A stretch of DNA of 64,000 nucleotides from an uncultured virus (IMG/VR IMGVR_UViG_3300042350_004632). Taxonomy: Duplodnaviria; Heunggongvirae; Uroviricota; Caudoviricetes. The notes below the pieces were generated by a model. It was not told the origin of the DNA. It did not search any database and worked only from the letters and a program-made list of their open reading frames with translations. A program made the translations under genes and the position numbers. Shown here in pieces: positions 41,386 through 51,411 of this stretch. The stretch is from IMG/VR virus record IMGVR_UViG_3300042350_004632, positions 1 through 64,000 of that record. The stretch is one strand, 5' to 3'. The number at the start of each line of letters is the position of its first letter. The stretch's first letter is position 1.

Positions 41386-42434
41386 AGATAGATAAATACT
41401 TTAGACTTAAAAATGACTTAGAAACATTTAATTTTGAGAAAAGTTTTAATCCATTAAGTAGGACACTCTATTATTTCTCATTTTTAGGAAATATATTCTT
41501 AATATTGTTTAGTTATTTTTTTATTAAAGATGTGACTAATAATATTCCTGCATTATTTATAGGACAAAATATTTTTTTCTCTGTATTCATTATTTTGTTT
41601 ATGACAGGATATGAATTATTTAAACGATTTGCTTTTGAACAACTTACCTCTACTATATTACGTGTACGTAAATTTACTATTAATATAGCATCAGGAGTAA
41701 TAATTTGTTTAGCATTAGTATCTGGATCATTTTATCTATCACTTAATGGTGCTCATAGATTAATTGATACTAGTGAAATAACAGCATCAAAATTAGATAC
41801 TATAACAACCAACGTATCTGATTCTATATCGGCTATATACTCACAAAGAATCGCTTTAAAGGAACAACAAATACAAGCCATCAATACTAATGATGAAGAT
41901 GGAGTGCTAAGTAAACGCCAGTTAAACACTGTTAAGTCACTAGAAAATGATGTTAAAGTATATGAGACTGAGAGAGATAATCGTATAGCTCAGTTTGAAG
42001 AAAAAACAGGTAAAAAATTAAATAAACAAGAAGATAAAGTAAAACAAAATAGTATTGCTTTTGCTGTCATGGTATTCTTTTTAGAATTTATTATATTGAT
42101 AGGAGTAGCATTTAGCGCTTATTATACTTGGACTTCATATAGTGAAATGAAAAGTCTATTAGCAACACCTACATTTAAACAGTTAGAGTTAAATCTTAGA
42201 TTATTAAAACTCTATTATCAAAACGGAAGGAAAAAAGAACAAGACTCATCTATACCACGCTCTAAATTAATAGCGTTAGCTAATTCATCTAAAATACAAT
42301 GTAATCAAAAAGATATTGATAGTTTTATAGTATTATGTTCTGAACTTGAAATTGTTACAGGTGAAAGAAGAAAAAAAGTTTATAATATGAGTTATGAAAA
42401 AGCTAAACATTTGATTGAAACCCAAGAAATTTAA
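41382..42434 (+). CDS. Multi-pass membrane protein with a coiled-coil loop
   Basis: Three N-terminal hydrophobic segments, a coiled coil, a fourth TM, then a soluble C-terminus. Confidence 0.65.
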   Translation: MKIDKYFRLKNDLETFNFEKSFNPLSRTLYYFSFLGNIFLILFSYFFIKDVTNNIPALFIGQNIFFSVFIILFMTGYELFKRFAFEQLTSTILRVRKFTINIASGVIICLALVSGSFYLSLNGAHRLIDTSEITASKLDTITTNVSDSISAIYSQRIALKEQQIQAINTNDEDGVLSKRQLNTVKSLENDVKVYETERDNRIAQFEEKTGKKLNKQEDKVKQNSIAFAVMVFFLEFIILIGVAFSAYYTWTSYSEMKSLLATPTFKQLELNLRLLKLYYQNGRKKEQDSSIPRSKLIALANSSKIQCNQKDIDSFIVLCSELEIVTGERRKKVYNMSYEKAKHLIETQEI

Positions 42435-42453
42435 GTTATATTTAAAATAAGTT

Positions 42454-43713
42454 ATGGAAACAATTTTTATATCAATCGCGAGTTATCGCGACCCGGAGTT
42501 ATTACCAACATTAAGAGATTGTATAGCAAATGCTAAACAATCAGATAGACTAGTATTTGGAATCTGTAGACAATTTCACCCAGATGATAAATTCGATGTT
42601 TTAGATGAATTTAAAAATGATCAAAGATTTAAAGTTGTTAATGTACCTTATGAACATTCTAAAGGTACATGTTGGGCTAGAAATATGATCCAAGATTTAT
42701 ATGATGGGGAAACTTATTATATGCAATTAGATTCACACCATCGTTTTACTAAGAACTGGGATTTGACTTTAATTAAAATGTTAAAGCAACTTAAAAAATT
42801 AGGACACAAGAAACCATTATTAACAGCTTATTTACCTGGATTTTTTCCAGATAATGATCCAGTAGGTCGAGTCCAAGATTGTTGGAATTTAGAATTTGAT
42901 AGATATATGCCTGAGGGTCCTATTTTTATTAAGCCTCATTCTATTGATGGGTGGCAAAATTTAGAATCACCTTATCCAGCTAGATTTTTATCAGCACATT
43001 TTATCTTTACTTTAGGCAAATGGGCTAAAGAAGTAAGATATGATCCTAATTTTTATTTTCACGGTGAAGAACCATCATTAGCTGCTAGATCATATACTCA
43101 TGGATATGATTTATTTCAACCACATATACCTGTTATATGGCATGAGTATACTAGAAATGGTAAAACTAAACAATGGGATGATGATAAAGAATGGGCTGAG
43201 AAAAATAAAGTATCATATTCTAGATATAGAGCATTACATGGAATGGGTAGTGTAATTGAAGGTACAACTAAAGATTTATTTGAAAAATACGGATGGGGTA
43301 AAGAACGCTCATTACATGAATATGAAAGATATATTGGTGTAAGATTTTCCACAAGACAAGTACATAAACATACATCTGAATATCTTCCACTTCCAGTTCC
43401 ACAAGAAGATTTTGAAGAAAATTTAGTTAACAGAATTAAAGTTTGTATTGATTATTGGAAGGGAGCTTTAGTTGAACCAGATTATGATCTATTAGTTGTT
43501 GCTATATTAGATAAAAATGGAGAAGATATCTTTAGACAAGATGTAGATAAAAATGAATTAAATTCCTTAATAAACTCTGATCCACAAGATCAATTTATCC
43601 ATATTTGGAGAGAATATGATGATAATAAACAACCATCTAAATGGAGAGTTTGGCCACATAGTGAATCAAAAGGTTACTTAGAAAGAACAGATCAAGACAT
43701 ACCATATGAATAA
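42454..43713 (+). CDS. GT60-like polypeptide alpha-GlcNAc transferase (Skp1 Gnt1 / protist mucin-initiating family), copy 1
   Basis: 'TIFISIASYRDPEL..TL', 'RLVFGIC.Q', 'SKGTCWAR', 'YMQLDSHHRF..NWD', 'FLSAHFIF', 'YDPNFYFHGEE', 'WHEY'. Confidence 0.8.
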   Translation: METIFISIASYRDPELLPTLRDCIANAKQSDRLVFGICRQFHPDDKFDVLDEFKNDQRFKVVNVPYEHSKGTCWARNMIQDLYDGETYYMQLDSHHRFTKNWDLTLIKMLKQLKKLGHKKPLLTAYLPGFFPDNDPVGRVQDCWNLEFDRYMPEGPIFIKPHSIDGWQNLESPYPARFLSAHFIFTLGKWAKEVRYDPNFYFHGEEPSLAARSYTHGYDLFQPHIPVIWHEYTRNGKTKQWDDDKEWAEKNKVSYSRYRALHGMGSVIEGTTKDLFEKYGWGKERSLHEYERYIGVRFSTRQVHKHTSEYLPLPVPQEDFEENLVNRIKVCIDYWKGALVEPDYDLLVVAILDKNGEDIFRQDVDKNELNSLINSDPQDQFIHIWREYDDNKQPSKWRVWPHSESKGYLERTDQDIPYE

Positions 43714-44962
43714 AAAAGAAACAATACTGGTACATCTACCAGCGTATCGCGACCCAGAGTTAGTTCCTACTATTAAAGATGCTTTGGATAAAGCTAAATA
43801 TCCTAAACGTATTCATTTTGGAATATGTAGACAATATCATCCTGAAGATAGTTTTGACAATCTAGACGAGTTTAGAAAAGATAAACGTTTTCATATCATG
43901 GATGTGTTATATACTGAATCACAAGGTTTACCTTGGGCTAGAGCACAGATAAATGAGAAATTACTAACTAATCAAGATTATATCTGCCAGTTAGATTCAC
44001 ATCATCGTTTTGCTCAAGATTGGGATGTAACATTAATTGAAATGCATAACAATCTAGAAAAGAAAGGTCACAAACCAATTTTAGCGGCTTATCTACCATT
44101 ATACGATCCATTTAATGACCCAGCAGGTAGAGCTGATGTACCATGGCAACAACAGTTTGTCTGTTTTTATCCACATGGAACAATATTTATTAGACCAGCT
44201 TTATTAACAGGATGGGAAAATATGACTGAACCTCCATTTAGTAGATTTTTATCAGGACATTTTTGTTTTGCTAGAAACGAATGGGCTAAAGAAATAAGAC
44301 ATGATCCAGATATTTACTTTAGTGGTGAAGAAATTAATTTAACAGTTAGATCTTATACTCATGGATATGATTTATTCCATCCTCATAAAATGGTAATATG
44401 GCATTCAACAATGAGAGAAGAACGAGCGGGTAAATTAAAGTGGGATGATGATGCTAAACTAGGAGTTGATTGGTGGACTAAACAAGAATATGCTCGTAAA
44501 AAAATAAGAACATTATTTAGAGTAGAAGACAATCCAGAAATTAATTTAACAGGATATGATTTAGGAACTGCTAGAACAATAGCTGATTATGAGGCATATG
44601 CTGGAGTTAATTTTAAAACAAGATCAGTACAAAAATATACTGTAGAAAATGGATATCCACCAACACCAATTAATAGTCCATGGTCTAAATCATTCTATCA
44701 TTTAGTTACAATTTATAGACAATCACTTCCTGAAAATGATTATTCATCTATATTAATAGCATTTGATGATAAAGATGGTATAGGTATTTATTCTAAAACT
44801 ATAGAAGGATATGAATTACAAAATTTCTTAAATAATAATGGACCTATTCATTATGAAGAATATTTTGAATACTTTGATAAAGAACCATCTAGGATGGTGG
44901 CATGGGCATATAGTAAAGAAAGAGGTTGGGCTGAACGTTTTGAAACTAGTTTAAATGATTAA
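43706..44962 (+). CDS. GT60-like polypeptide GlcNAc transferase, copy 2
   Basis: 'AYRDPEL', 'GLPWAR', 'QLDSHHRF', 'FLSGHFCF', 'YFSGEE', 'RSYTHGYDLFHP'; full-length paralogue of 42454. Confidence 0.8.
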   Translation: MNKKETILVHLPAYRDPELVPTIKDALDKAKYPKRIHFGICRQYHPEDSFDNLDEFRKDKRFHIMDVLYTESQGLPWARAQINEKLLTNQDYICQLDSHHRFAQDWDVTLIEMHNNLEKKGHKPILAAYLPLYDPFNDPAGRADVPWQQQFVCFYPHGTIFIRPALLTGWENMTEPPFSRFLSGHFCFARNEWAKEIRHDPDIYFSGEEINLTVRSYTHGYDLFHPHKMVIWHSTMREERAGKLKWDDDAKLGVDWWTKQEYARKKIRTLFRVEDNPEINLTGYDLGTARTIADYEAYAGVNFKTRSVQKYTVENGYPPTPINSPWSKSFYHLVTIYRQSLPENDYSSILIAFDDKDGIGIYSKTIEGYELQNFLNNNGPIHYEEYFEYFDKEPSRMVAWAYSKERGWAERFETSLND

Positions 44963-44965
44963 TTT

Positions 44966-45904
44966 ATGATGAAAATTTACTTTTTAGAGACCCAATATCA
45001 TTACATGGGATGGAATGATGTATTTTTAGAATTAGTTAATAATCTAAAAGAAAAATATAACGCTGAAGTAATACATCAGAAAGGTGGTCATTTATATATA
45101 GAAAAATTCGATTATAATATGCCCGATTGTGAATTAATAATTCATGATGAAGAAAATGATATATTAAAAAGTATCACTTGGTCTGAAAGTCCAACTAATA
45201 TATTTGATATATATAAACAAAGAAATAATGAGAAAGATATTTTATTATTAACTCAACAAGCTTATTGGTTTCCTAAAGATTATGATTTTTCAGTATATAA
45301 TTTTACAGTTAAACCAACTACATTTTATACATTCACTCCTCAAACATGTCATGATCACTTTTATAATTTAAGAAAATTTAAAAACTTTGATTCTTTAATA
45401 GATCAAATGTTTTGTTTATTTACTACAAGAAGAGAAGATCCATTTAGACTTAGAGAAATGGGACTTAGCAATACATCTCCTGGAATATTAAGTATAGATG
45501 ATTATTTAAAAGGAGCTATTAATTTTAAAGTAGGATTATCTTTATCCAGTTTAGCAGAAGTTTGTTATAGAGATATAGAATATATGGCTGTGGGATTACC
45601 AATGATGAGATTAGAGTATATGACTCCATTTGACCCACCATTAATTCCTAATTACCATTATATCTCTATTCCTAGAGATGGATTTGATTGGAGTACTGAG
45701 TCAGATAGACGTGGTGGAGAAAAATATGTAGAAGCTTATAAAAATAGATTTTTAGAAGTAAAAGATGATGAACAATTTTTAAATTTTATTACTAAAAATG
45801 CTAGAGAATATTATACAACATATTGTAGTCCTCAAAACCGAGTTACTCATATAATGAATAGATTAGAAATTAATCCAACTTTATCTGATGGCTTCAATAT
45901 TTAA
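44966..45904 (+). CDS. Putative glycosyltransferase (GT-B-like C-terminal half)
   Basis: 'YLKGAINFKVGLSL...CYRDIEYMAVGLP...LIPNYHYISI...ITKNAREYY'. Confidence 0.55.
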   Translation: MMKIYFLETQYHYMGWNDVFLELVNNLKEKYNAEVIHQKGGHLYIEKFDYNMPDCELIIHDEENDILKSITWSESPTNIFDIYKQRNNEKDILLLTQQAYWFPKDYDFSVYNFTVKPTTFYTFTPQTCHDHFYNLRKFKNFDSLIDQMFCLFTTRREDPFRLREMGLSNTSPGILSIDDYLKGAINFKVGLSLSSLAEVCYRDIEYMAVGLPMMRLEYMTPFDPPLIPNYHYISIPRDGFDWSTESDRRGGEKYVEAYKNRFLEVKDDEQFLNFITKNAREYYTTYCSPQNRVTHIMNRLEINPTLSDGFNI

Positions 45905-46757
45905 TGAAAAAGTAGCTATTTGTTACTCATGTGCTGGAGAAAGTTATAGAGAAAGTGCTAAACGTCAATTAGAAAACAATTATATTGATGATGATAATCT
46001 TTATTATTTTATTATAACAGATGATAAAGAATATTTTAAAGATATAAATAGACAAAATCTAATAGTTAACGAACTTAAAGATTTCTATCCAGAATTTCCA
46101 TTAATAGAAAAATATGAAGCATTAATTGACTCTACAGATAAGAGTGATTATGCTAAAAAATTTATAGATAACGATTATGTTTATTCTTTCTCATTAATGA
46201 GATTTCACTTTTTACAAGCGTATAAACATGATATAAAAAATGTTTCTATAATGTGTACTGACACAAATATGTTTTTAGAATCAATTAATCCAATATTAAA
46301 AGATAAAAACACAATATACAACGCTGTATCAGAGTGGGATGAGAATATCGCTAATAAAGATATGTCTATAATATCTAATGTATTAAAAGAAAAATATAAC
46401 TTAGAACCAGATCAAATAATTAGAGTTTTGGATGCCGCAGGAAGATTTTTTATATTTAATGATATTAATTACATGAAGAATTTTTTCGACATATGGAATG
46501 ATATTATATTTTATTTATTTGAAACTAACCTAATAGAACGTTTCAGAGGATCATATGTTTACCATGATGAATATATTTTAGCTCCTATATATAATATATT
46601 TGGATTAAATAAAAGACATTCTCATGCTGGGTATAGATTATTTGAGGTACAACACAATCAAATACAAGAAAGATTTTGGCGTATGGGAGTAACAGGATAT
46701 ATAGAACATACTGATTATAATGAATTTTTAAGATTAAATAATTTACAAAATGGCTAA
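45888..46757 (+). CDS. Putative GT-A-like glycosyltransferase, paralogue of 60397
   Basis: 'ICYSCAGESY', 'FIITDDKEYF', 'SLMRF', 'CTDTN', 'HDEYILA'; cluster context. Confidence 0.45.
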   Translation: MASIFNEKVAICYSCAGESYRESAKRQLENNYIDDDNLYYFIITDDKEYFKDINRQNLIVNELKDFYPEFPLIEKYEALIDSTDKSDYAKKFIDNDYVYSFSLMRFHFLQAYKHDIKNVSIMCTDTNMFLESINPILKDKNTIYNAVSEWDENIANKDMSIISNVLKEKYNLEPDQIIRVLDAAGRFFIFNDINYMKNFFDIWNDIIFYLFETNLIERFRGSYVYHDEYILAPIYNIFGLNKRHSHAGYRLFEVQHNQIQERFWRMGVTGYIEHTDYNEFLRLNNLQNG

Positions 46758-48432
46758 TATAAGTTTTCATGGTTCCCATAATGGAGCTTTTGTAGTAGAA
46801 AAAGATGGAGAAATACTTTGTATTATAGAAGTAGAAAGATTTCTCAATTATAAAAATGTAGGAATATCTCAATATAAAGTTCCTAGATATATAATGATAA
46901 CAGTAGAAGAAATTATAAAGTGGATTGAGCAAGAATATGGAATATATGAATATGACAATTGTTATTTCTCATCTACTGATTTTATAGGAGAAGATTTTAA
47001 AGGTACTCACACTGCATTCCAAACTAATGCTTTAATAAATGCTAAAAATTATGTTCATGGATTACACCATGAATCTCACGCTTATGGAGTATTTTATCAA
47101 TCACCATATCCAGAAGCATTAATATTTTCATTTGATGGAGGAGGAGATGATGGTGAATTTAATATATACCATGCTAAAAAAGGTGAAGATATAATTCGAC
47201 TAGCACAAGTTAAAAATCCATTGACTGGAGATGATGGTCCATATTATAATTTAGGTTTTGCCTATATGATATTTGGACAATATCTAAAAGATATCCAAAT
47301 GGATGGAATGGCTGAAGGTAATTTAGTATGGCCTGGAAAAATAATGGGATTAGTTTCTTACGGACAGTGGAAAGAAGAATGGTTAGATGCTTTTATTACT
47401 TTCTTTAAAAGTGATCCTGATGGAGGAAATGATGATTATGTTGATAAATTAAATATTTTAGGAAATAAAACCGGAATAATATTTGATATCAATAATAGAT
47501 TAGAAGGACAATTAGCTTATGATGTAGCAGCAACAGCTCAAAGAGCATTTGAAGAATGTTTTTTAGAAGTAGCTAAACCATATTTTGATGAATATCCAGA
47601 TTTACCTATTTGTATAACTGGAGGATGTGGTTTAAATATTATACTTAATACAAGAGTAAAACAAGAATTTAATAAGGAAGTATTTGTAGGTCCAAATCCA
47701 AGTGATTGTGGTATAGCTTTAGGTTTAATGTTACGTCATTTAAGACCTGAGAAACCATTAGATATTACTTATAAAGGTTTACCTATATTAGATAAAAATA
47801 TTTTAGCTCAAACATTACCTGAATATCCAAATGTTAGAAAGTTAATGAAACAAGATGAATATTATCATCCGTTTGAACAATATGATCCTTCAATAGTAGT
47901 TAAAGACTTAGTTGAAGGTAAAATAATAGGTACAGTACATGGTCAAGCTGAACATGGTCCTAGAGCATTAGGTAATAGAAGTATTATCTGCAATCCATCA
48001 ATATCTGAAATGAAAGATATTCTAAACGCTAAAGTAAAACATAGAGAATGGTATAGACCATTTGCTCCAGTTGTTAGATTAGAAGACGTTTCAAAATATT
48101 TTGAACTTGAAGAAGAAGCAAGATGGATGAGTTTTTGTCCTATAGTTAAAGAAGAATGGAGAGAAAAATTAGCTGCAATTACACATGTTGATAATACAGC
48201 TAGAGTACAAACAGTAACTAGAGAACAAAATGAATGGTTATATGATTTAATAACTGAATTTGAAAAAGAAACAGGTGTAGGTGTTTTATTAAATACATCA
48301 TTTAACGTTAATGGTAAACCAATTTTATCAACATATAAAGATGCCTTCATAATATATAATCAAACAGAGTTAGATTGTTTATTATTAGAAGATTATTACA
48401 TAAGAAAAGAAAATTTTCCAAAATGGAGTTAG
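46750..48432 (+). CDS. Carbamoyltransferase (NodU/CmcH/TobZ family)
   Basis: 'HHESHA', 'FDGGGD', 'GKIMGL', 'GGCGLN', 'EHGPRALGNRSI', 'VKHREWYRPFAP', 'THVDNTARVQTV', 'LLNTSFNVNGKPI'. Confidence 0.92.
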   Translation: MANISFHGSHNGAFVVEKDGEILCIIEVERFLNYKNVGISQYKVPRYIMITVEEIIKWIEQEYGIYEYDNCYFSSTDFIGEDFKGTHTAFQTNALINAKNYVHGLHHESHAYGVFYQSPYPEALIFSFDGGGDDGEFNIYHAKKGEDIIRLAQVKNPLTGDDGPYYNLGFAYMIFGQYLKDIQMDGMAEGNLVWPGKIMGLVSYGQWKEEWLDAFITFFKSDPDGGNDDYVDKLNILGNKTGIIFDINNRLEGQLAYDVAATAQRAFEECFLEVAKPYFDEYPDLPICITGGCGLNIILNTRVKQEFNKEVFVGPNPSDCGIALGLMLRHLRPEKPLDITYKGLPILDKNILAQTLPEYPNVRKLMKQDEYYHPFEQYDPSIVVKDLVEGKIIGTVHGQAEHGPRALGNRSIICNPSISEMKDILNAKVKHREWYRPFAPVVRLEDVSKYFELEEEARWMSFCPIVKEEWREKLAAITHVDNTARVQTVTREQNEWLYDLITEFEKETGVGVLLNTSFNVNGKPILSTYKDAFIIYNQTELDCLLLEDYYIRKENFPKWS

Positions 48433-50780
48433 TAAATAAAATAAGAACTTTTAGAAACAGTAAAGTTGACGCTAGTATCATAAGCGAAGATCAACTAGAT
48501 TATCTAGTATTGTATGCTTTAGATGCTATTGAAAAAGGCATTGAAGGTGATTTTGTCGAATTTGGATGTTATGTAGGTGAATCAAGTAAGTATCTAAGAA
48601 AAACATTAGACGAAACTAAATCAAATAAAGATTTATATGTGTATGATTCATTTGAAGGTTTACCTCCATTATCTAAATGGGAAGAAAACACAGGATGGAG
48701 AGCAGGTACATTAAATGTTAGTGAAGAAATACTAATTAAAAATTTTAGAGATAATAATCTAAAACCACCATATACAAATAAAGGATGGTTCAAAGATATT
48801 CCAGACTATAGAATACCAGATAAGATTGCTTTTGCCTTTTTAGATGGAGATTTTTATGATTCTATCTTTGATAGTTTAACTAAAATATATAATAAAGTAT
48901 CTGATGGTGGGTATATATTATTTCATGATTATGAAAGAAATGATTTACCTGGAGTTAAAGCAGCTATTGAAGCGTTTTTTGCTTTAAGAGGAGAATCATT
49001 TAATATTTTAAAAGTTTGTGATCAAGTAGGAGCTATACAGAAAAATGGAAAAGTAGAACAATTACATATGCCTACTTCTAGTATGGAAATAAAAAATAAA
49101 GACTTAACAGTTGTTACAGGATTATGGGATATAAGTAGACCAGGTAGAGACTTTAGTCACTACATAGAACATTTTAAAAATTTTCTAGACATACCTGTTA
49201 ATATGTTTATCTTCATTCCAGCTGAATATGAATATTTAGTTTGGGAGAAAAGGAGTAAAGAAAACACATTTGTTAAAGTATATGAACTAGAAGATGTAAA
49301 AAATCTTTATAGTCCACATTGGGATATCACTCAAAAAATTAGAACCACTCCAGAATGGTTTAATAAAACTGGAGAACATGGTTGGTTAGTAGGTTCACCT
49401 CAAGCATCTTTAGAATGGTATAATCCAATAGTACAATCAAAAATGTTTATGTTAAATGATGTTACTATATGGAATCCATTTAATACAGAATATTTTATTT
49501 GGCTAGACGCTGGTATTACAAATACTGTTTATGATAAATTCTTCAGTGAGCATAAAGCCTTAGATAAGATAAATCCACATTTAGATACATTCTTATTTTT
49601 AAGTTATCCATATGAAGCTAATGATGAAATTCATGGTTTTGATTTTACAGCTATGAATCGCTACGCTGGTAAAAAAGTAGAACATGTTTGTCGAGGTGGA
49701 TTATTTGGTGGAAGAAAAAATATAATAAATGACGCTAATAATCTTTATTATCCATTGTTACAAAGAACATTAGGTGAAGGTTATATGGGTACTGAAGAAA
49801 GTATTTTTACTCTTATGTCTTATATTGAACCTGAAAAGTATAGAAGATATGCTTTAGATAGTAATGGCTTAGTGACTAAATTCATTCAAGCATTATTAGA
49901 TGATAAAGTCGAATTAGAACCAATTCCAGAACAACGTGTATTTTTAAAACCTAAAAATTTGGATACATCAAAATTGAAAACATCTTTATATATACTTACT
50001 TTTAATTTCCCAGAACAAGTAAGACATACTTTAGAAACATATAAACTACATCCAGAGTGGTTAGATAAAACAAGAAAAATATTAATTGATAATTCTAATA
50101 ATGATGAAGCAGTAGCTGGTAATAAGGCTATTTGTGAAGAATATGGAATGGAACATCTTGTAACAGGTGAAAATTTAGGTATTAATAGAGGTAGATTATA
50201 TGCTGCCAAACATTTTCAAGAATCTGATAGTGACTATTATATATTCTTAGAGGATGATATGGGTATATATAATTCAACTAGTGATATTTGTCGTAATGGT
50301 TTTAGACAATATATACCTGGATTATTTGAGAAGATTCATAAGATAATGTTAAAAGAAGAATATGACTTTTTAAAATTATCATTTACAGAAGTATATATGG
50401 ATAACTACATGCAATGTTCTTGGTATAATGTTCCACAGTTTATTAGAACTGAAATGTGGCCGGGATATGATAAATTGCCTATTCAAGGTTTAGATACAAA
50501 TTGTCCTAGAACTAAGTTCAATAAAATTGATAATGTTGATGGTTTAACATATATTGATGGTGATGTATACTATGCTAACTGGCCTATGATTGTAGGTAAA
50601 GCAGGTAACCAAAAAATGTTTTTAGATATAGATTGGACACATCCTTACGAACAAACATGGATGTCTCATATGTTTCAAGAAACACGTAAAGGTAATATCA
50701 AACCAGCTATATTATTAGCATCTCCTATAAATCATAATAGAATAAGTCATTATAGTGCGCAAGATCGTAGAGAAAATTAA
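48423..50780 (+). CDS. Three-domain fusion: TylF/MycF-type O-methyltransferase, HtrL/WlaTC-like glycosyltransferase, GT2-like domain
   Basis: TylF: 'GDFVEFGCYVG', 'YDSFEGLP', 'KGWF', 'FLDGDFYDS', 'FHDY'. HtrL-like: 'TVVTGLWDISR', 'FIWLDAG', 'GGLFGG'. GT2-like: 'LIDNS', 'NLGINRGR', 'FLEDDM'. Confidence 0.8.
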   Translation: MELVNKIRTFRNSKVDASIISEDQLDYLVLYALDAIEKGIEGDFVEFGCYVGESSKYLRKTLDETKSNKDLYVYDSFEGLPPLSKWEENTGWRAGTLNVSEEILIKNFRDNNLKPPYTNKGWFKDIPDYRIPDKIAFAFLDGDFYDSIFDSLTKIYNKVSDGGYILFHDYERNDLPGVKAAIEAFFALRGESFNILKVCDQVGAIQKNGKVEQLHMPTSSMEIKNKDLTVVTGLWDISRPGRDFSHYIEHFKNFLDIPVNMFIFIPAEYEYLVWEKRSKENTFVKVYELEDVKNLYSPHWDITQKIRTTPEWFNKTGEHGWLVGSPQASLEWYNPIVQSKMFMLNDVTIWNPFNTEYFIWLDAGITNTVYDKFFSEHKALDKINPHLDTFLFLSYPYEANDEIHGFDFTAMNRYAGKKVEHVCRGGLFGGRKNIINDANNLYYPLLQRTLGEGYMGTEESIFTLMSYIEPEKYRRYALDSNGLVTKFIQALLDDKVELEPIPEQRVFLKPKNLDTSKLKTSLYILTFNFPEQVRHTLETYKLHPEWLDKTRKILIDNSNNDEAVAGNKAICEEYGMEHLVTGENLGINRGRLYAAKHFQESDSDYYIFLEDDMGIYNSTSDICRNGFRQYIPGLFEKIHKIMLKEEYDFLKLSFTEVYMDNYMQCSWYNVPQFIRTEMWPGYDKLPIQGLDTNCPRTKFNKIDNVDGLTYIDGDVYYANWPMIVGKAGNQKMFLDIDWTHPYEQTWMSHMFQETRKGNIKPAILLASPINHNRISHYSAQDRREN

Positions 50781-50801
50781 TATTTATAGCAAACATAAAC
50801 A

Positions 50802-51344
50802 ATGCCATTAACTGAAAGATTATACCAAAAGAGTAACTCTACTATAAATGTTGCTCCAACACCACCAAATACACCTAGTATTACATTAAGTGTTAGTCCA
50901 ACACCATCAATTAGTATAACACCAAGTGTAACTCCAACAGTTAGTTTCACACCTACTATAACTCCATCAATTAGTATTACACCAACACCAACACCATCAT
51001 TAGCGTATAATTATTTATTTAATGTTTATAACTGTCTTGATGGTAATTGTAATCAATTTTTAAGTCAAAAAATTGGATTTAGTTATGGTACTAGTCTTAC
51101 ATTAGGATATTATTATTCAAGTGGTTCATCAGCTGTACAACCAGTTGGTGTATCAGGAGGAACACCTGTATTTAATCTTGATGATACTACAGGATATGCT
51201 AATTGTGCTTCAATTTGTAATCCACCAAGTGTGACACCTAGTATAAGTGTTAGTGTAAGTCTAACTCCAAGTATAAGTATTAGTCCAACACCAAGTATAA
51301 GTCTTTCAAGAACACCTACTCCAACTCCATCCCCATCAGTATAA
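50802..51344 (+). CDS. Small mucin-like protein with a central Cys-rich domain
   Basis: TPSISI tracts flank a four-Cys domain; preceded by ATATTTAT. Confidence 0.7.
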   Translation: MPLTERLYQKSNSTINVAPTPPNTPSITLSVSPTPSISITPSVTPTVSFTPTITPSISITPTPTPSLAYNYLFNVYNCLDGNCNQFLSQKIGFSYGTSLTLGYYYSSGSSAVQPVGVSGGTPVFNLDDTTGYANCASICNPPSVTPSISVSVSLTPSISISPTPSISLSRTPTPTPSPSV

Positions 51345-51373
51345 TATAAATAACAACATAAAGATTTAAGTTT

Positions 51374-51392
51374 AGCGTCTTCGGACGCTTTA
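51374..51392 (+). terminator. UUCG hairpin, possible terminator
   Basis: AGCGTC-TTCG-GACGCT-TT. Confidence 0.6.
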
Positions 51393-51411
51393 CTTATTTC
51401 ATATTTATAAT

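Noticed and set aside
42454..50780. GT/carbamoyltransferase cluster as DNA hypermodification machinery
   Set aside because: Not excluded but disfavoured: no hydroxymethylase or TET/JBP gene nearby, GT60-like enzymes are known as protein-directed, and the adjacent genes are Ser/Thr-rich proteins.
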